Made by a program: the position numbers and the translations under genes. The notes under the pieces are model-generated. The model had not been told where the DNA came from and made no database searches. It was given only the letters and a program-made list of their open reading frames with translations. From an uncultured Candidatus Saccharibacteria bacterium (GTDB lineage Bacteria; Patescibacteriota; CALEFQ01): a DNA stretch of 64,000 bases. The stretch's first letter is position 1. Each line of letters begins with the position of its first letter. This document shows, piece after piece, positions 19,314 to 30,150 of this stretch. The DNA lies in the NCBI GenBank assembly GCA_965230955.1, contig OZ246404.1:33184-97183 (forward strand). Direction: 5' to 3'.

Positions 19314-19902
19314 AAAAAAATTGTCGAAAAACCAACAGTTTGGCCTTTTAACACCGCTTGAGCGCGGCTTTGGATCAGTGATCCGTTAGCCGCACCGTTG
19401 GAAATTAAGGGTATTAAAGAGGCACGCGAAACCCTCATTTGAGATTGAGGGTTTCATATCATTGTACGGAGGATCCGTTTTCTTATCAATGGTATAAACT
19501 GGGGAAAAGTGGCTGATTTAAGCAATAAAACAAGCGAAAAGTCAAAATAGTTTCTGAGCCAAGCCGAACGATCATTAGCCGCGATCTTATTTCCGCTAAA
19601 AGGCAGCCGCAGATGACGGAAATCAGAATTTGTTTCAAAATGCCGGCAAAAATTCCGATGTGATTCATATTGCCCCAGCAAACCGGTTCAGCTGGATAGC
19701 GGCTGGTCCGCGACTCTGGAGTTTTAAATACGGCCGCCGACGATCATTTGCTCAGTTAATAATTCAGGAGGCAGGAAAAAAGACGTCCCCCATCGAAAGA
19801 TGCGGAACGTTTATTTTTTTATTGAAACAAGTGTATACTTAAAGATAAATAATCCCGGGCATATACGTAATTGATATTATCAGATTATTTTTGTGACTAA
19901 GC

Positions 19903-21501
19903 ATGAATTCTAAGGAAAAAGAAAATTTTACGATCGAGCGCCGGGATAAAAATGTTCTCCCGGCGTCAGAGCGCTGGTTGCCACCGGCTGAATTTATCCG
20001 GGCTCTGGATGAAAAAGGTTACGAGCAAGTCGCCGTCACTTATCGGGAAGCGGTGCAGATCGCCGAAGATGTTAGAGCGGCCGGCGGACGGGCTTTGATC
20101 GTCGGCGGTTTTGTGCGCGATCATTTTTTCAACAAAATTTCCAAGGATATTGATTTGGAAATCTATGGTTTGCCGCTGGAAAAATTGCGCGCAGTGATAA
20201 AACAACAGCGCAAGACCAAAGAAGTCGGCAAAGCCTTCGGCGTTATGAAAGTGGTCGTCGGTAACGGACTGGACATCGATGTCGCTCCGCCGCGCCGAGA
20301 TTCAAAAATCGGCGAGGGACATCGCGGGTTTTCGGTAGAATTCGATCCTAATTTGAGTATCACGGAAGCCATGCGTCGCCGAGATTTTACCATGAATTCC
20401 ATGGGAGCCGATCCTCTGACAGGAGAAGTTTTTGATCCGTTTCACGGACGTGAAGATATCGATCGAAAAGTTTTGCGCGTCACCGATCCGGAAAAGTTTG
20501 GCGAGGATCCATTGCGCGTCATGCGAGCAATGCAATTTGTCGGTCGGTTTGAATTGACTCTGTCGCCGGAGAGCCTAAAAGCGTGCCAAGAAAACCTGGA
20601 AAACGTCAAAACTCTACCGCTCGAGCGACTCTATGAAGAATGGCGTAAGCTATTATTACAAAGCGAGCGGCCATCGGTCGGGCTTGAAATTGGCAAAGAA
20701 ATCGGCCTATTTAAGCGTTTTTATCCGGAGCTGGAAGTACTGTCATCACTGCGCCAGAACCCGGAATGGCATCCGGAAGGCGATGTCTGGACGCATACCA
20801 AAATGGTGGTTGATGCCATGGCCCGGATTATTCGTCGGGAAAAATTAGTTGAAGATCAAGCAACGCGTCTCATGCTGGCGGCGCTGTGTCATGATTTGGG
20901 CAAAGCCGATACGACGATTCGAAAAGACGGAAAATATATTTCGTACGGCCATGAAAAAACCGGTCTCGAAATTACGCGGAGATTTCTGGAAAAATTGACG
21001 AATCAATCCGGTTTCATAAAACAAATTTTGCCGCTGGTGGCGGAACATATGTGGCCCATCGTGCTGGCCAAAGATAAGGAAAAAGTAAGCGACGGGGCCA
21101 TTCGGCGCTTGGCGACCCGGACCGCGCCGGCCAGCATCCAAGAGTTGGTTTGGGTCGGAGAAGCGGATCAACGCGGTTGCGGTGTTGCTTTGGAAAAACG
21201 GAAAGAAAAAGATTTTTCGGCCACCGGAGAATTTTTGTCCGGTCAGTGGCTGCTCGATCGGGCCGATCAGCTGGGAATCAAAAAAGAAAAACCGGCTGCG
21301 CTTACGCGCGGGCAGGATTGGATTGACTGGGGATGTCAAAAAGAATATGGAAAGAATATTGGCGAACTGATCAAGCTGGCTGAAAAGTTGCGAGATGTGC
21401 AGAACTATGAAAGGGAGCAAATCCAGGCCGCGACAATACACGAAATTAGAAGTGATCAGACGGGAATGAAGGCGATCCAAAAATTGAAAAGCCTCCTCTA
21501 A
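19903..21501 (+). CDS. cca: tRNA nucleotidyltransferase (CCA-adding family) with HD domain
   Basis: VGGFVRD, DIDLE, RRDFTMN, EDPLRVMR, HPEGDV, CHDLGK. Confidence 0.92.
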   Translation: MNSKEKENFTIERRDKNVLPASERWLPPAEFIRALDEKGYEQVAVTYREAVQIAEDVRAAGGRALIVGGFVRDHFFNKISKDIDLEIYGLPLEKLRAVIKQQRKTKEVGKAFGVMKVVVGNGLDIDVAPPRRDSKIGEGHRGFSVEFDPNLSITEAMRRRDFTMNSMGADPLTGEVFDPFHGREDIDRKVLRVTDPEKFGEDPLRVMRAMQFVGRFELTLSPESLKACQENLENVKTLPLERLYEEWRKLLLQSERPSVGLEIGKEIGLFKRFYPELEVLSSLRQNPEWHPEGDVWTHTKMVVDAMARIIRREKLVEDQATRLMLAALCHDLGKADTTIRKDGKYISYGHEKTGLEITRRFLEKLTNQSGFIKQILPLVAEHMWPIVLAKDKEKVSDGAIRRLATRTAPASIQELVWVGEADQRGCGVALEKRKEKDFSATGEFLSGQWLLDRADQLGIKKEKPAALTRGQDWIDWGCQKEYGKNIGELIKLAEKLRDVQNYEREQIQAATIHEIRSDQTGMKAIQKLKSLL

Positions 21502-21656
21502 AAAATCAGCTCAAGTGAGCCGATTTTTTTATTTTCGAAAAAGATTAGGCAATAATCCGGGCCAAGATTTAATGCTGGCCAAAGTTTAATTTGCAAGATT
21601 CTATTTATGTACCGACTTCGCTCTCGCATACTCGAGCTTCGTGGGGTAAACTTGCT

Positions 21657-21733
21657 TGGTGCGCTCGGCAAGAGTTGAACTTGCAATCTTCCCCTTAGGA
21701 CGGGGCTGCTCAATCCAGTTGAGCTACGAGCGC
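21657..21733 (-). tRNA. tRNA-Arg(CCT)
   Basis: Cloverleaf, GCGCTCG/CGAGCGC acceptor, loop GTCCTAA, encoded CCA. Confidence 0.85.
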
Positions 21734-21827
21734 AAATAGAGTAAGATGACTAGAACTTCGATTCTTTGTAACCTAAATATAGTCTAATACAGTTACTTTA
21801 TCAACTGTACACACGGTGTGTATATAA

Positions 21828-23207
21828 TTGTTTCACGTGGAACAGTTTTGGCAAAAATTTAAGTGGCTCCTCGTTACACAGCCGGATTTGGTTGTTTTTG
21901 GAATTTTTATTTTTTTGTTTCCATTTAATACCAGGAAGTTTCTAAATATTCTACTCCCCTATTCGGACCAGGTTTTCAATACCTGGAGTGCTTTTTTTCT
22001 CTATCTGTCTGATTTGCTTTTGTTGCTGGTTCTGGCGTTGTGGTTGTACCGAATCCTTAACCATAAGTTCAGGTTTTCCGGTCCTAGGCTCGGATTTATC
22101 GCCGGCTTGTCGGCCTTTCTGCTAATAATGACAGTTTCGACTATAGCGCGCAGCGGAGGCATTTTGTCATGGTCCGGAATCCTTAGAACCTTTGAATTTG
22201 GCTTGCTTGCTTTTTATGCCTTGTCCGTAATTGTGACTTGGCGTCGGCGCTTCATGGTGATGGCGTTATTTTTTTCGGCGATGTCGTTGCAGGCGGTTAT
22301 CGGCGTGGTGCAGTTTATCACCCAAAAATCCGTGGGACTGTCTGTTTTAGGTGAATCTGCTTTGAGCACTCAGATCTGGGATGTTGCTGAGGTGGTGTCG
22401 CAAGGCCAGATTTGGTTACGTGCCTATGGCACCCAGGTTCATCCTAATGTTTTGGCTTATTTATTGACTATTTCCCTTATTTTCGGTGTTTATCTGTATG
22501 CGCGAGTTCGATCGATCAGTTGGCGCATGGCAATTAGCGCCTTGGCCGGGTTGCAGTTGATGGTATTAGTTATGTCATTTTCGCGGACGGGTTGGCTGGG
22601 TCTTATTATTGGACTTGGTTGTTTAGTGATTTTGTGTTTAGTTTGGGGAAAATCGCACCTGACTAAATTGGGAAGACCGCTGGTATCATTAGCGCCACTC
22701 ATTATTACTGCGGTTATCCTATTGGGTTCACTGGTTTCGTTGTGGCCATTACTATCAGATCGCATTACTGTATCTGACTCACATGGCGATCTGGCCAGTA
22801 GTTATCGCATCGAGCTAAAAAACCTCGGCTGGGATCGTTTCGCGATACATCCCATTATCGGTATTGCCCCGCGCCAATTTGTGCCAAGTTTGAGCGCTGA
22901 GGATTCTGTGGCTTCATCTCCTTGGAAATTTCAGCCTATTCACAATGTTTATATTCTAATGCTGGTCGAAATCGGCGTGCTAGGTGTTGTGGCATTTTCC
23001 ATATTGATTGGGAGTAAGATTCGACGACTCTTTCGGATAATCAAAAATGTTCCACGGGGAACATTTTTCGCTCATAATATTGATGTATTGTATGTATTCA
23101 TTGTTTTCAGTTGCCTGCTTGTATCTTTATTATGCATGCTTTTTGACCATTACATATACGACATACAACAAAGCAGCCTTATGTTTTGGCTGCTTTTGGG
23201 TATATGA
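21828..23207 (+). CDS. O-antigen ligase (Wzy_C) family membrane protein
   Basis: Multi-TM; RAYGTQVHPN, SFSRTGW, PIHNVYILMLVEIG, FDHY; start uncertain. Confidence 0.85.
   Translation: MFHVEQFWQKFKWLLVTQPDLVVFGIFIFLFPFNTRKFLNILLPYSDQVFNTWSAFFLYLSDLLLLLVLALWLYRILNHKFRFSGPRLGFIAGLSAFLLIMTVSTIARSGGILSWSGILRTFEFGLLAFYALSVIVTWRRRFMVMALFFSAMSLQAVIGVVQFITQKSVGLSVLGESALSTQIWDVAEVVSQGQIWLRAYGTQVHPNVLAYLLTISLIFGVYLYARVRSISWRMAISALAGLQLMVLVMSFSRTGWLGLIIGLGCLVILCLVWGKSHLTKLGRPLVSLAPLIITAVILLGSLVSLWPLLSDRITVSDSHGDLASSYRIELKNLGWDRFAIHPIIGIAPRQFVPSLSAEDSVASSPWKFQPIHNVYILMLVEIGVLGVVAFSILIGSKIRRLFRIIKNVPRGTFFAHNIDVLYVFIVFSCLLVSLLCMLFDHYIYDIQQSSLMFWLLLGI
21829..21844. promoter_or_regulatory. parS-like centromere site
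   Basis: TGTTTCACGTGGAACA matches the ParB/Spo0J consensus. Confidence 0.85.
23048..23063. promoter_or_regulatory. second parS-like site
   Basis: TGTTCCACGGGGAACA, near-consensus. Confidence 0.7.
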
Positions 23208-23222
23208 TACTTATTGTGTGTA

Positions 23223-23543
23223 TCAAAAGGTGAAATTCATTAACCCCATCACCCAGGTTCCGAATTGATCCAAGACCGGATTTTTGAGGTTAATGTAGTA
23301 GAGGGCGATGAAAACCACGAAAATTGCTCCGGCGAAGATCAGCGAATCCCACAAATCTGCATTCTTGGCGTGTTGCATGCGCAGTAGGGCCGTGGAGGCG
23401 GGGGTTGGGGAGTGGGAAACCGTTTGGTCGTTGGTCGGTTGACTCTTTTCGGGAACGTTTTCAATTTTTGCCGGCTGATTATATAGTTGGGCGTAGTTGC
23501 GCTGTTTGGATTGTTGCCTTTGACGGCGTGATTTTTTCGACAT
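23223..23543 (-). CDS. hypothetical membrane protein
   Basis: Basic N-terminus, C-terminal TM. Confidence 0.65.
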   Translation of the reverse strand: MSKKSRRQRQQSKQRNYAQLYNQPAKIENVPEKSQPTNDQTVSHSPTPASTALLRMQHAKNADLWDSLIFAGAIFVVFIALYYINLKNPVLDQFGTWVMGLMNFTF

Positions 23544-23673
23544 ATAAAATATTTTAAGTTATTTTATCATATCAGACACTTCGCGGTATGCCAAGTCTAA
23601 GACACAAGCGACGGAATTGACTTATGTGATTTTTTTTTCTAGACTGTTAAGAGTTGTCCCCAAATTTAATTGA

Positions 23674-24144
23674 ATGGATATCTATTTTTACTTGTTTTTG
23701 ATTTCATTAGCTGTCGGCGCGGCGGCGCTGATTTTTGGTATATTGGTTAATCGTCGCGTCCGGTCTTTTGAGGAACGATTCCAACAATTTTTTGGCACCA
23801 AAAAAAGCCCCCATCTGAACGCGATAGTCATGCGTAATGTTGAGACGATCAAGAAAATGACCGGCGATATTGATAAGTTGTATGAAGTAGCGCAGGAATT
23901 GCAACAGATTGCTTTGCACAGCACGCAAAAAGTCGGCACACATTTTTATAATCCTTACGGCGACACCGGTGGTACGCTCAGCTTTTCAATCGCGATGCTG
24001 GATGCGGAGGATAATGGCATCGTTATTTCCAGTTTGCATTCGCGCTCCGGGACACAGGTTTACGCCAAAGCCATCGAGCGCGGACAATCGAAGCAGCATC
24101 TGACCGAAGAGGAAATTGAAGCGCTGCGACGGGCGAATAAATAA
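23674..24144 (+). CDS. DUF4446 family protein
   Basis: QKVG..YNPYGDTGGTLSFSIAMLD, YAKAI, LTEEE. Confidence 0.85.
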   Translation: MDIYFYLFLISLAVGAAALIFGILVNRRVRSFEERFQQFFGTKKSPHLNAIVMRNVETIKKMTGDIDKLYEVAQELQQIALHSTQKVGTHFYNPYGDTGGTLSFSIAMLDAEDNGIVISSLHSRSGTQVYAKAIERGQSKQHLTEEEIEALRRANK

Positions 24145-24237
24145 GACATTAAGAATATTAAGATATTAAGAACGTTAAGAGTCTGTGCTTTTCTTAATAC
24201 TCTTAATATCTTAATATTCTTAATCTCTTAATATCTT
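24142..24237. repeat. inverted 8/9-mer array (TTAAGATA/TTAAGAACA)n
   Basis: Same family as 37406-37621 and 54980-55021. Confidence 0.9.
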
Positions 24238-24260
24238 TTTAAAATTCTTTTTCAAAAAAA

Positions 24261-24677
24261 ATGACTATGTTTCAACGCAAGGACGAAAATTTAGCGATGG
24301 GTAATGTCGCGGCGCCGGTCGGGGAGACGGTGGTTGGACATTCTGTCAAACTGGAAGGCGATTTTTCAAGTGATGAAAATGTCCGGATTGACGGCTCGGT
24401 GTCCGGTACGGTCAAGACCAATAAAAATTTACTGATCGGGGAGCGGGCGTCGGTTGAGGCCGATGTTTTTGCCGATAACGCGACCATCGCCGGGCGAGTC
24501 AATGGCAATATTGACGTCAAAACCAAGCTGGAATTGCTGGAGACGGCGCGGATTGCCGGCGATATCAAAGCTGGAGTGTTGTCGATCAATGCCGGAGCGG
24601 TTTTTTCCGGCCAATGTTCGATGTCGACCGAGCAAAGCGGCGCCGTCGATGCCGTCAAGACAGAGAAAAAACAATGA
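24261..24677 (+). CDS. bactofilin (polymer-forming cytoskeletal protein)
   Basis: TVVG..LEGD..RIDG.V.G beta-helix, GAVFSGQCSM. Confidence 0.9.
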   Translation: MTMFQRKDENLAMGNVAAPVGETVVGHSVKLEGDFSSDENVRIDGSVSGTVKTNKNLLIGERASVEADVFADNATIAGRVNGNIDVKTKLELLETARIAGDIKAGVLSINAGAVFSGQCSMSTEQSGAVDAVKTEKKQ

Positions 24678-24721
24678 CACAGGCGGGGGCGGATTAATGC
24701 CGGCCCTGCTCAGGGATTTTC

Positions 24722-25591
24722 ATGTATCATTACATATACGACTCGTTCATTGGCGAACGTCGTTTCCGGCGCCAGTTGGCGGCGATTGAGCACAAATTGA
24801 CGGAAATGGGGATTGTCGGCGAGCGCGAACGGGTTACGCCAATTCGCACGGTGGAAGAACTGATGAAGTTGGGTTTGAGCCGGCGCTCAAAAACTATTGT
24901 AATTTTTGGGAATGATTATACTTTTACCAAAGCGCTGAACGCGGGGCTGATGGCCGGAATGAATCCGGATGAGGTTGTCCTCTCGATTATTCCCTTCGGT
25001 GAACCAAATCGGATCGCGGCTCTGCTGGGATTACGCGGGGAAGCCGCTTCGGTGCAGGAATTGGCGGCGCGCAAAATAGAAACGATCGATATCGGACGCG
25101 TGAACAAGCGTTTTTTTATTACGGCGACGGATATCGGCTTTGAAGCGGAATACAAAACGCGGCGCGAAGAAGTTCAGGAAAAAACTTCTCTGTTTACGGC
25201 TCAGCACCGAATGAAAAAGTTCAAGCCCCAGGAAGTGAAAGTGTTGATCGACGATCAATTTCTGATTACCGGTCCGCTTTTTAATCTTTCGGTGGTAAAT
25301 CTGGCTGACAAAATTCCGGGACGTCCGTCGGTCAATCCTCAGGATCGCAAATTACGCGTGACAATGGTGCCGTATACGGAAGAGTTGTTGGCGAAAGCCG
25401 GATTGGTGGCGCGACGTCAATATGAAAAACTGCCCAATGCCAGCTTTTTTCTGGCAAAAAATGTAAAAATCGCCGGCCCCAAGACGGTAAAAATCGCGAC
25501 CGACGGAGTTTTGTACGATATGCTTCCGCTGGAGATTGAGGTGATTCCTCGAGCGGTGAAAGCGATTGTGGGGAAGGGGAGAGCGTTTTGA
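24722..25591 (+). CDS. diacylglycerol-kinase-family-like protein
   Basis: IIPFG..N.IA, IDIGRVN, NPQD, TDG; GGDG motif replaced by FGND. Confidence 0.7.
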   Translation: MYHYIYDSFIGERRFRRQLAAIEHKLTEMGIVGERERVTPIRTVEELMKLGLSRRSKTIVIFGNDYTFTKALNAGLMAGMNPDEVVLSIIPFGEPNRIAALLGLRGEAASVQELAARKIETIDIGRVNKRFFITATDIGFEAEYKTRREEVQEKTSLFTAQHRMKKFKPQEVKVLIDDQFLITGPLFNLSVVNLADKIPGRPSVNPQDRKLRVTMVPYTEELLAKAGLVARRQYEKLPNASFFLAKNVKIAGPKTVKIATDGVLYDMLPLEIEVIPRAVKAIVGKGRAF

Positions 25592-25592
25592 A

Positions 25593-25694
25593 GAAAATAA
25601 AAAATTTAAAATCTAAGTTAATTGAAGTAATTAGGGCTTTTGATTTTAACCTTTTGATTTCCTTTGGTTTTTGAATTTTAAGTTTTTAGATTTT
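25593..25694. repeat. degenerate A-rich/T-rich inverted array
   Basis: Same style as 50705-50830, 59236-59341, 61500-61611, 62875-62996. Confidence 0.6.
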
Positions 25695-25776
25695 CCCGGA
25701 TTGCGTGTTTGACTCGAATGTTGTAGAATATCCTTGCTTCTATTAAGTTTCTATGACAACATAACAGGTTATCTTT

Positions 25777-26034
25777 ATGGCTTCCGGCGCTGGCAAAAAA
25801 TTTGGTTACGGTGTTTTGCAGACCTTGGGTGCTTTTTTCGACAAAAAAGTCGTCCCGCCCTGGATTCCTTGGGCTATTTTCGGCGGTATCGGCGTCCTAA
25901 TTGCGTGGGCAAACAACTGGAATTGGTGGGCTTTGCTGAATGTGGTGGCGGTCGTTCTCTGGATTCTTTTCGCGATTGTCATGACTATGATTTTTGTCCG
26001 GCGGGCGCAGGAAGCAAAGAAAGCCAAGAATTAA
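25777..26034 (+). CDS. small 2-TM hypothetical protein
   Basis: Two hydrophobic segments; upstream TTGCGT...TAGAAT promoter candidate. Confidence 0.65.
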   Translation: MASGAGKKFGYGVLQTLGAFFDKKVVPPWIPWAIFGGIGVLIAWANNWNWWALLNVVAVVLWILFAIVMTMIFVRRAQEAKKAKN

Positions 26035-26111
26035 GATATAAGATATAAGAGGTAAGAAGTATAAATTTATACAAAATCGTAAGTAGTTGGTGTTAATTTT
26101 TAGCGGATTTC

Positions 26112-27923
26112 ATGGATGAGAAAAAAGTAAAATTGTCCGGCGCCTTGACGGTAAAAGAGTTTGCCGCCGTTTTAGATTTGCCGGTGACGGATGTGATGAA
26201 GACATTGATGACCAATGGCATTATGGCCACGATCAACGAAGAGCTGGATTACGAGACGGCGGTCATTATCGCCGAGGATTTGGGTTTTTCGGTGGAGACG
26301 GGCAAAGGTGAAAAAACCGGTGAGTTGGACGAGGAAGAAGAACGCCGTGCTCGCTTGGGCCGTCTGCTGGCGGAGCCGGACAAAGCGGCTCTCAAGCCTC
26401 GGGCTCCAATTGTCACGATCATGGGCCATGTTGATCACGGCAAAACGTCTTTGCTGGACGCTATCCGCGAGACAAATGTTACCGCCGGCGAAGCGGGGGG
26501 AATCACCCAGCATATTGGCGCTTATCAGGTGGAAAAGAAAAATCGACAGATTACTTTTTTGGATACGCCCGGCCATGAAGCTTTCACGGCCATGCGGGCG
26601 CGTGGAACCAATGTGACTGATATTGCGATTTTGGTGGTGGCGGCCGACGACGGGGTCAAGCCTCAGACGATCGAAGCCATCAGCCATGCCAAGGCCGCCA
26701 AAGTTCCGATTATCGTGGCCATAAATAAAATCGATAAAGAAGGATCGGACGTGGCGCGAGTGAAGAAAGAACTGGCTGACCACGAAGTTTTGACGGAAGA
26801 GTGGGGCGGCGACACAGTTTGTGTGGAAGTTTCCGCCAAAAATAAAATCAATATCGATGATCTGCTGGAAATGATTTTACTGGTGGCCGATATGCAGAAT
26901 CTGAAAGCCAATCCGCGGCGCCGTGCCGTCGGGACGGTGATAGAAGCGGACAAAACTGAAAAAAGTGGGGCGGTGGCCACGGTTTTAGTTCAAACAGGGA
27001 CATTGCATTTGGGCGATGATTTTTCTATCGGGACCACTTTCGGCAAGGTGCGCGCGATGCGAGATTACCAGCAGAAAGAAATTACCGAGGCGGGACCGGC
27101 GACGCCGGTACGTCTGATCGGCTTGAAAGATGTCCCGCATGCCGGCGATATTATGGAAGTTCATTTGGATGCTAAAGAGGCCAGAAGTGAAGGTGAACGG
27201 CGCCGGAAATTGGAAGAACTCAAAAGCCGACGGGGCTATGGCCGATTTGGTTTGTCGGAAATGGCCGACGCGATCACCAAAGGAAAAATGAAAAAATTGA
27301 ACGTCGTGCTGAAGGCCGATGTCGGCGGAACGCTGGAAGCGATATCGTCCGCTTTGGAAAAATTACGGTCGCAAGAAGTTTTTGTCGAGATTTTGCACCG
27401 GGCGGTGGGTGATATTTCGGAAACCGATGTCTTGATGGCGAAAGCGTCGCGAGCTGTGGTGGTTGGTTTCAATGTGAAGGCTGACGGGCAGGTGACGGAG
27501 ACGGCCAAAAAAGAAGGTATTCAGATAAAGATCTATAATATTATTTACGAATTGATCGACGATTTGAAGAATGCTTTGGAAGGCTTGATCGAGCCGGAGG
27601 AAGTGGAAATCAAAATGGCGACGCTGAAAGTTTTGGCTGTTTTCCGCCACGGTAAAAAAGAAATGATTTTCGGCGGCAAGGTGCTAAATGGCAAAATTGA
27701 AAAGATTGGCGATGTTTATGCGCGTCTGATGCGTGACAAAAAAGAAGTTTCCCGAGGACAGATGCGCGAATTGCAATGCGAGAAGAAAAATGTGGACGAG
27801 GTTTCCAAGGGGAAAGAAGCAGGGATGCGCGTCGAAGGAATCAATGAGGTCCAGGTGGGCGATTTGGTAGAGATATTCCGATTGGAACTTCACAAAAAGA
27901 AAATCGGAGAAGATAAAAAATGA
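26112..27923 (+). CDS. infB: translation initiation factor IF-2
   Basis: [29 protein letters not shown]. Confidence 0.98.
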   Translation: MDEKKVKLSGALTVKEFAAVLDLPVTDVMKTLMTNGIMATINEELDYETAVIIAEDLGFSVETGKGEKTGELDEEEERRARLGRLLAEPDKAALKPRAPIVTIMGHVDHGKTSLLDAIRETNVTAGEAGGITQHIGAYQVEKKNRQITFLDTPGHEAFTAMRARGTNVTDIAILVVAADDGVKPQTIEAISHAKAAKVPIIVAINKIDKEGSDVARVKKELADHEVLTEEWGGDTVCVEVSAKNKINIDDLLEMILLVADMQNLKANPRRRAVGTVIEADKTEKSGAVATVLVQTGTLHLGDDFSIGTTFGKVRAMRDYQQKEITEAGPATPVRLIGLKDVPHAGDIMEVHLDAKEARSEGERRRKLEELKSRRGYGRFGLSEMADAITKGKMKKLNVVLKADVGGTLEAISSALEKLRSQEVFVEILHRAVGDISETDVLMAKASRAVVVGFNVKADGQVTETAKKEGIQIKIYNIIYELIDDLKNALEGLIEPEEVEIKMATLKVLAVFRHGKKEMIFGGKVLNGKIEKIGDVYARLMRDKKEVSRGQMRELQCEKKNVDEVSKGKEAGMRVEGINEVQVGDLVEIFRLELHKKKIGEDKK

Positions 27924-28273
27924 AACGGCGAATCATCCAAATTCAAGATGTGATAGCTCGTGAATTGGCGGTGATATTCAGCCGGGAAATTGAATTCCCG
28001 ATCGGCGCTTTTCCGAGCATCGTGAAAGTAAAGGTCTCCGAAGATTTGCGCCATGCTTTGGTCTGGATCGGAGTTGTCCCGCCTGGGAAACGCCAGGAGG
28101 TACTGGAGTGTCTGGAGAATAATATCTATCATATTCAATCTTTTCTGAATAAGCGCTTGACGATGAAATTCCCGCCACGGCTTCTTTTTAAAATCGATTC
28201 CACCAGTGATAAAGTCCAGCGGATCGAAGAGCTGGTGGATCAAATACACCAGGAAAATGACAGCTCAAAATAA
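27920..28273 (+). CDS. rbfA: ribosome-binding factor A
   Basis: VKVSEDLRHA, PRLLFKID; follows infB. Confidence 0.9.
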   Translation: MKRRIIQIQDVIARELAVIFSREIEFPIGAFPSIVKVKVSEDLRHALVWIGVVPPGKRQEVLECLENNIYHIQSFLNKRLTMKFPPRLLFKIDSTSDKVQRIEELVDQIHQENDSSK

Positions 28274-29219
28274 TTGTCAGCAAGTCAGTCGGTTTTTAGA
28301 GCGAGTCGACAATATTATGTTGTTGACCCATGTTTCGCCTGATATTGATGGTATTTCTTCGCTCTTGGCGCTGGGTCGAGGCCTGGAATCTGTCGGTAAA
28401 AAAGTCATCAGATTGTTGCCGGAAGATTTGCCGCGGCGCTTTTTTTTCTGGGCAGATTTGGATAAAATTGTGGATGAGCCGAGATGGCAAGAGGCCGAAG
28501 CGGTGGTGACTCTCGATTGCGGTGATTTGCCGCGGACCGGATTTGCTTATGAGCTCGGCCGAATCGGTAAACCGGTGGTCAATATCGACCACCATCCCCA
28601 AAAAGAACCGTTCGGAACCATTCATTTGGTGGAATCCGGAAAAACTTCCACCGCGGAAATAGTTTTTCACCTGTTGAATGAATTGGGAGTTGTGATCGAT
28701 AAGGCCTTGGCGGATATGTTATTGGCCGGTATAGTGTGTGATACTCAAAGTTTTCAGGTGGCTTCGACATCGGCCGAAGTCCTCAGTATCGCTTCGCAAT
28801 TGATGAGCAAGGGCGCGCGTATCCCGAAAATTACCAAGGAAATTTTTCGCGTCAAACCTATTACCGCTCTAAAATTATGGGGTCGGGTGTTGGATCGGGT
28901 GCAAGTTGACGCGACTACTCACATGGCTTATTCCGTCGTGCGCCAATCTGATTTTGATGAACTGGGAGTCGTTTCGCAGGATCTGGAGGGCGTGGTGGAT
29001 CTGATTAACGCCGTGACCGAAGCCAAATTTTCTTTGTTACTGACGGAAACCGGTGACAATATCGTCAAGGGTTCGCTTCGCTCGGAAAATTTCAAAGCGG
29101 TTGATGTTTCCCGAATTGCCGAGCTTTTCGGCGGCGGGGGACACAAACTCGCGTCCGGCTTTCGTTTTCCGGGAAAAATAGAAGAAAAAGACGGACGTTG
29201 GCTGATAAAGAGTCTTTAG
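28257..29219 (+). CDS. DHH/DHHA1 phosphoesterase (NrnA/Pde2 family)
   Basis: HVSPDIDG, LDCG, NIDHH, DTQSF, GGGGH. Confidence 0.92.
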   Translation: MTAQNNCQQVSRFLERVDNIMLLTHVSPDIDGISSLLALGRGLESVGKKVIRLLPEDLPRRFFFWADLDKIVDEPRWQEAEAVVTLDCGDLPRTGFAYELGRIGKPVVNIDHHPQKEPFGTIHLVESGKTSTAEIVFHLLNELGVVIDKALADMLLAGIVCDTQSFQVASTSAEVLSIASQLMSKGARIPKITKEIFRVKPITALKLWGRVLDRVQVDATTHMAYSVVRQSDFDELGVVSQDLEGVVDLINAVTEAKFSLLLTETGDNIVKGSLRSENFKAVDVSRIAELFGGGGHKLASGFRFPGKIEEKDGRWLIKSL

Positions 29220-29269
29220 CGTTTAGTCTTTAGCCATTGGCATCGGCCAAAGACTAAAGACCAAAGACT
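29211..29269. repeat. inverted heptamer array (GTCTTTA)n...(TAAAGAC)n
   Basis: Overlaps DHH stop and ends 6 nt before cdaA ATG. Confidence 0.85.
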
Positions 29270-29275
29270 ACTCTC

Positions 29276-30058
29276 ATGTGGTTTGACAGTATCCAGCCTT
29301 ATTTATCGGTCTTCGATATCCAGAAATATCCTCTGGCGATTTTGGATATTGTGCTGGTGGCTCTGCTTTTTTACGGAATCTATTGTCTGATCAAGGATAC
29401 CAAAGCGATTCGAATGGTAATCGGAATCATTTTGGTGGCGGCGGTTTTTGTCATCGGTCAAATTCTCAATCTCATCGCCCTGACCTGGCTGTTGAAATAC
29501 TTCGCGGCATTTATCGTGGTGGCCATTCCCATAATTTTCCAGCCGGAGCTGAGGCGCGCGTTTGAAAAATTGGGGCGTCCGGGAAAGATCAGGAAATTCC
29601 GATTGTTGCCCCAGCGGGAAACCGATCGGGTGGTGGAAATTATCGCCGATTCGGTCGTTGTACTGGTAAAAAATAAAATCGGCGGATTGATCGTTTTGCG
29701 CCGGACTACCGGCTTGGCGGATCATATCGAAAAGGGGACGACGCTCAACGCCGCCTTGAGTCGGGAGATTCTGCTGAATTTGTTGTTTCCCAATTCCCCC
29801 TTGCATGACGGCGCGGTGTTGATCGGCGGGAATCAGGTTTTGGCGGCGGGCGTTATTTTACCGCTGTCCGAGCGCGATACGACATATCAGCTGGGAACGC
29901 GGCATAAAGCGGCTCTGGGGATTACCGAAGAAACCGATGCCGTAGCGGTGGTGGTGTCCGAGGAGCGCGGGGAAATATCAGTCGCGGTCAACGGAAAGAT
30001 AGAAGTGGTTAGCGGTCCGGAAGCTTTGCGCGAAAAACTGAAAGAACTACTGGTCTAA
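29276..30058 (+). CDS. cdaA: diadenylate cyclase CdaA/DacA
   Basis: 3 TM, IFQPELRR, PLHDGA, GTRHKAA, VSEE. Confidence 0.95.
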   Translation: MWFDSIQPYLSVFDIQKYPLAILDIVLVALLFYGIYCLIKDTKAIRMVIGIILVAAVFVIGQILNLIALTWLLKYFAAFIVVAIPIIFQPELRRAFEKLGRPGKIRKFRLLPQRETDRVVEIIADSVVVLVKNKIGGLIVLRRTTGLADHIEKGTTLNAALSREILLNLLFPNSPLHDGAVLIGGNQVLAAGVILPLSERDTTYQLGTRHKAALGITEETDAVAVVVSEERGEISVAVNGKIEVVSGPEALREKLKELLV

Positions 30059-30150
30059 ATCCAAAGTCCTAAATCGTCAAAGTTTTGAAATTCAACTTTA
30101 AGATTTCGAGCTTGTTTCTAATTTAGGATTTCGTGCTTAATAATTGTTAT

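Noticed and set aside
19454-19842. Short ORFs in the divergent intergenic region
   Set aside because: Mutually overlapping, no SD or recognisable motif
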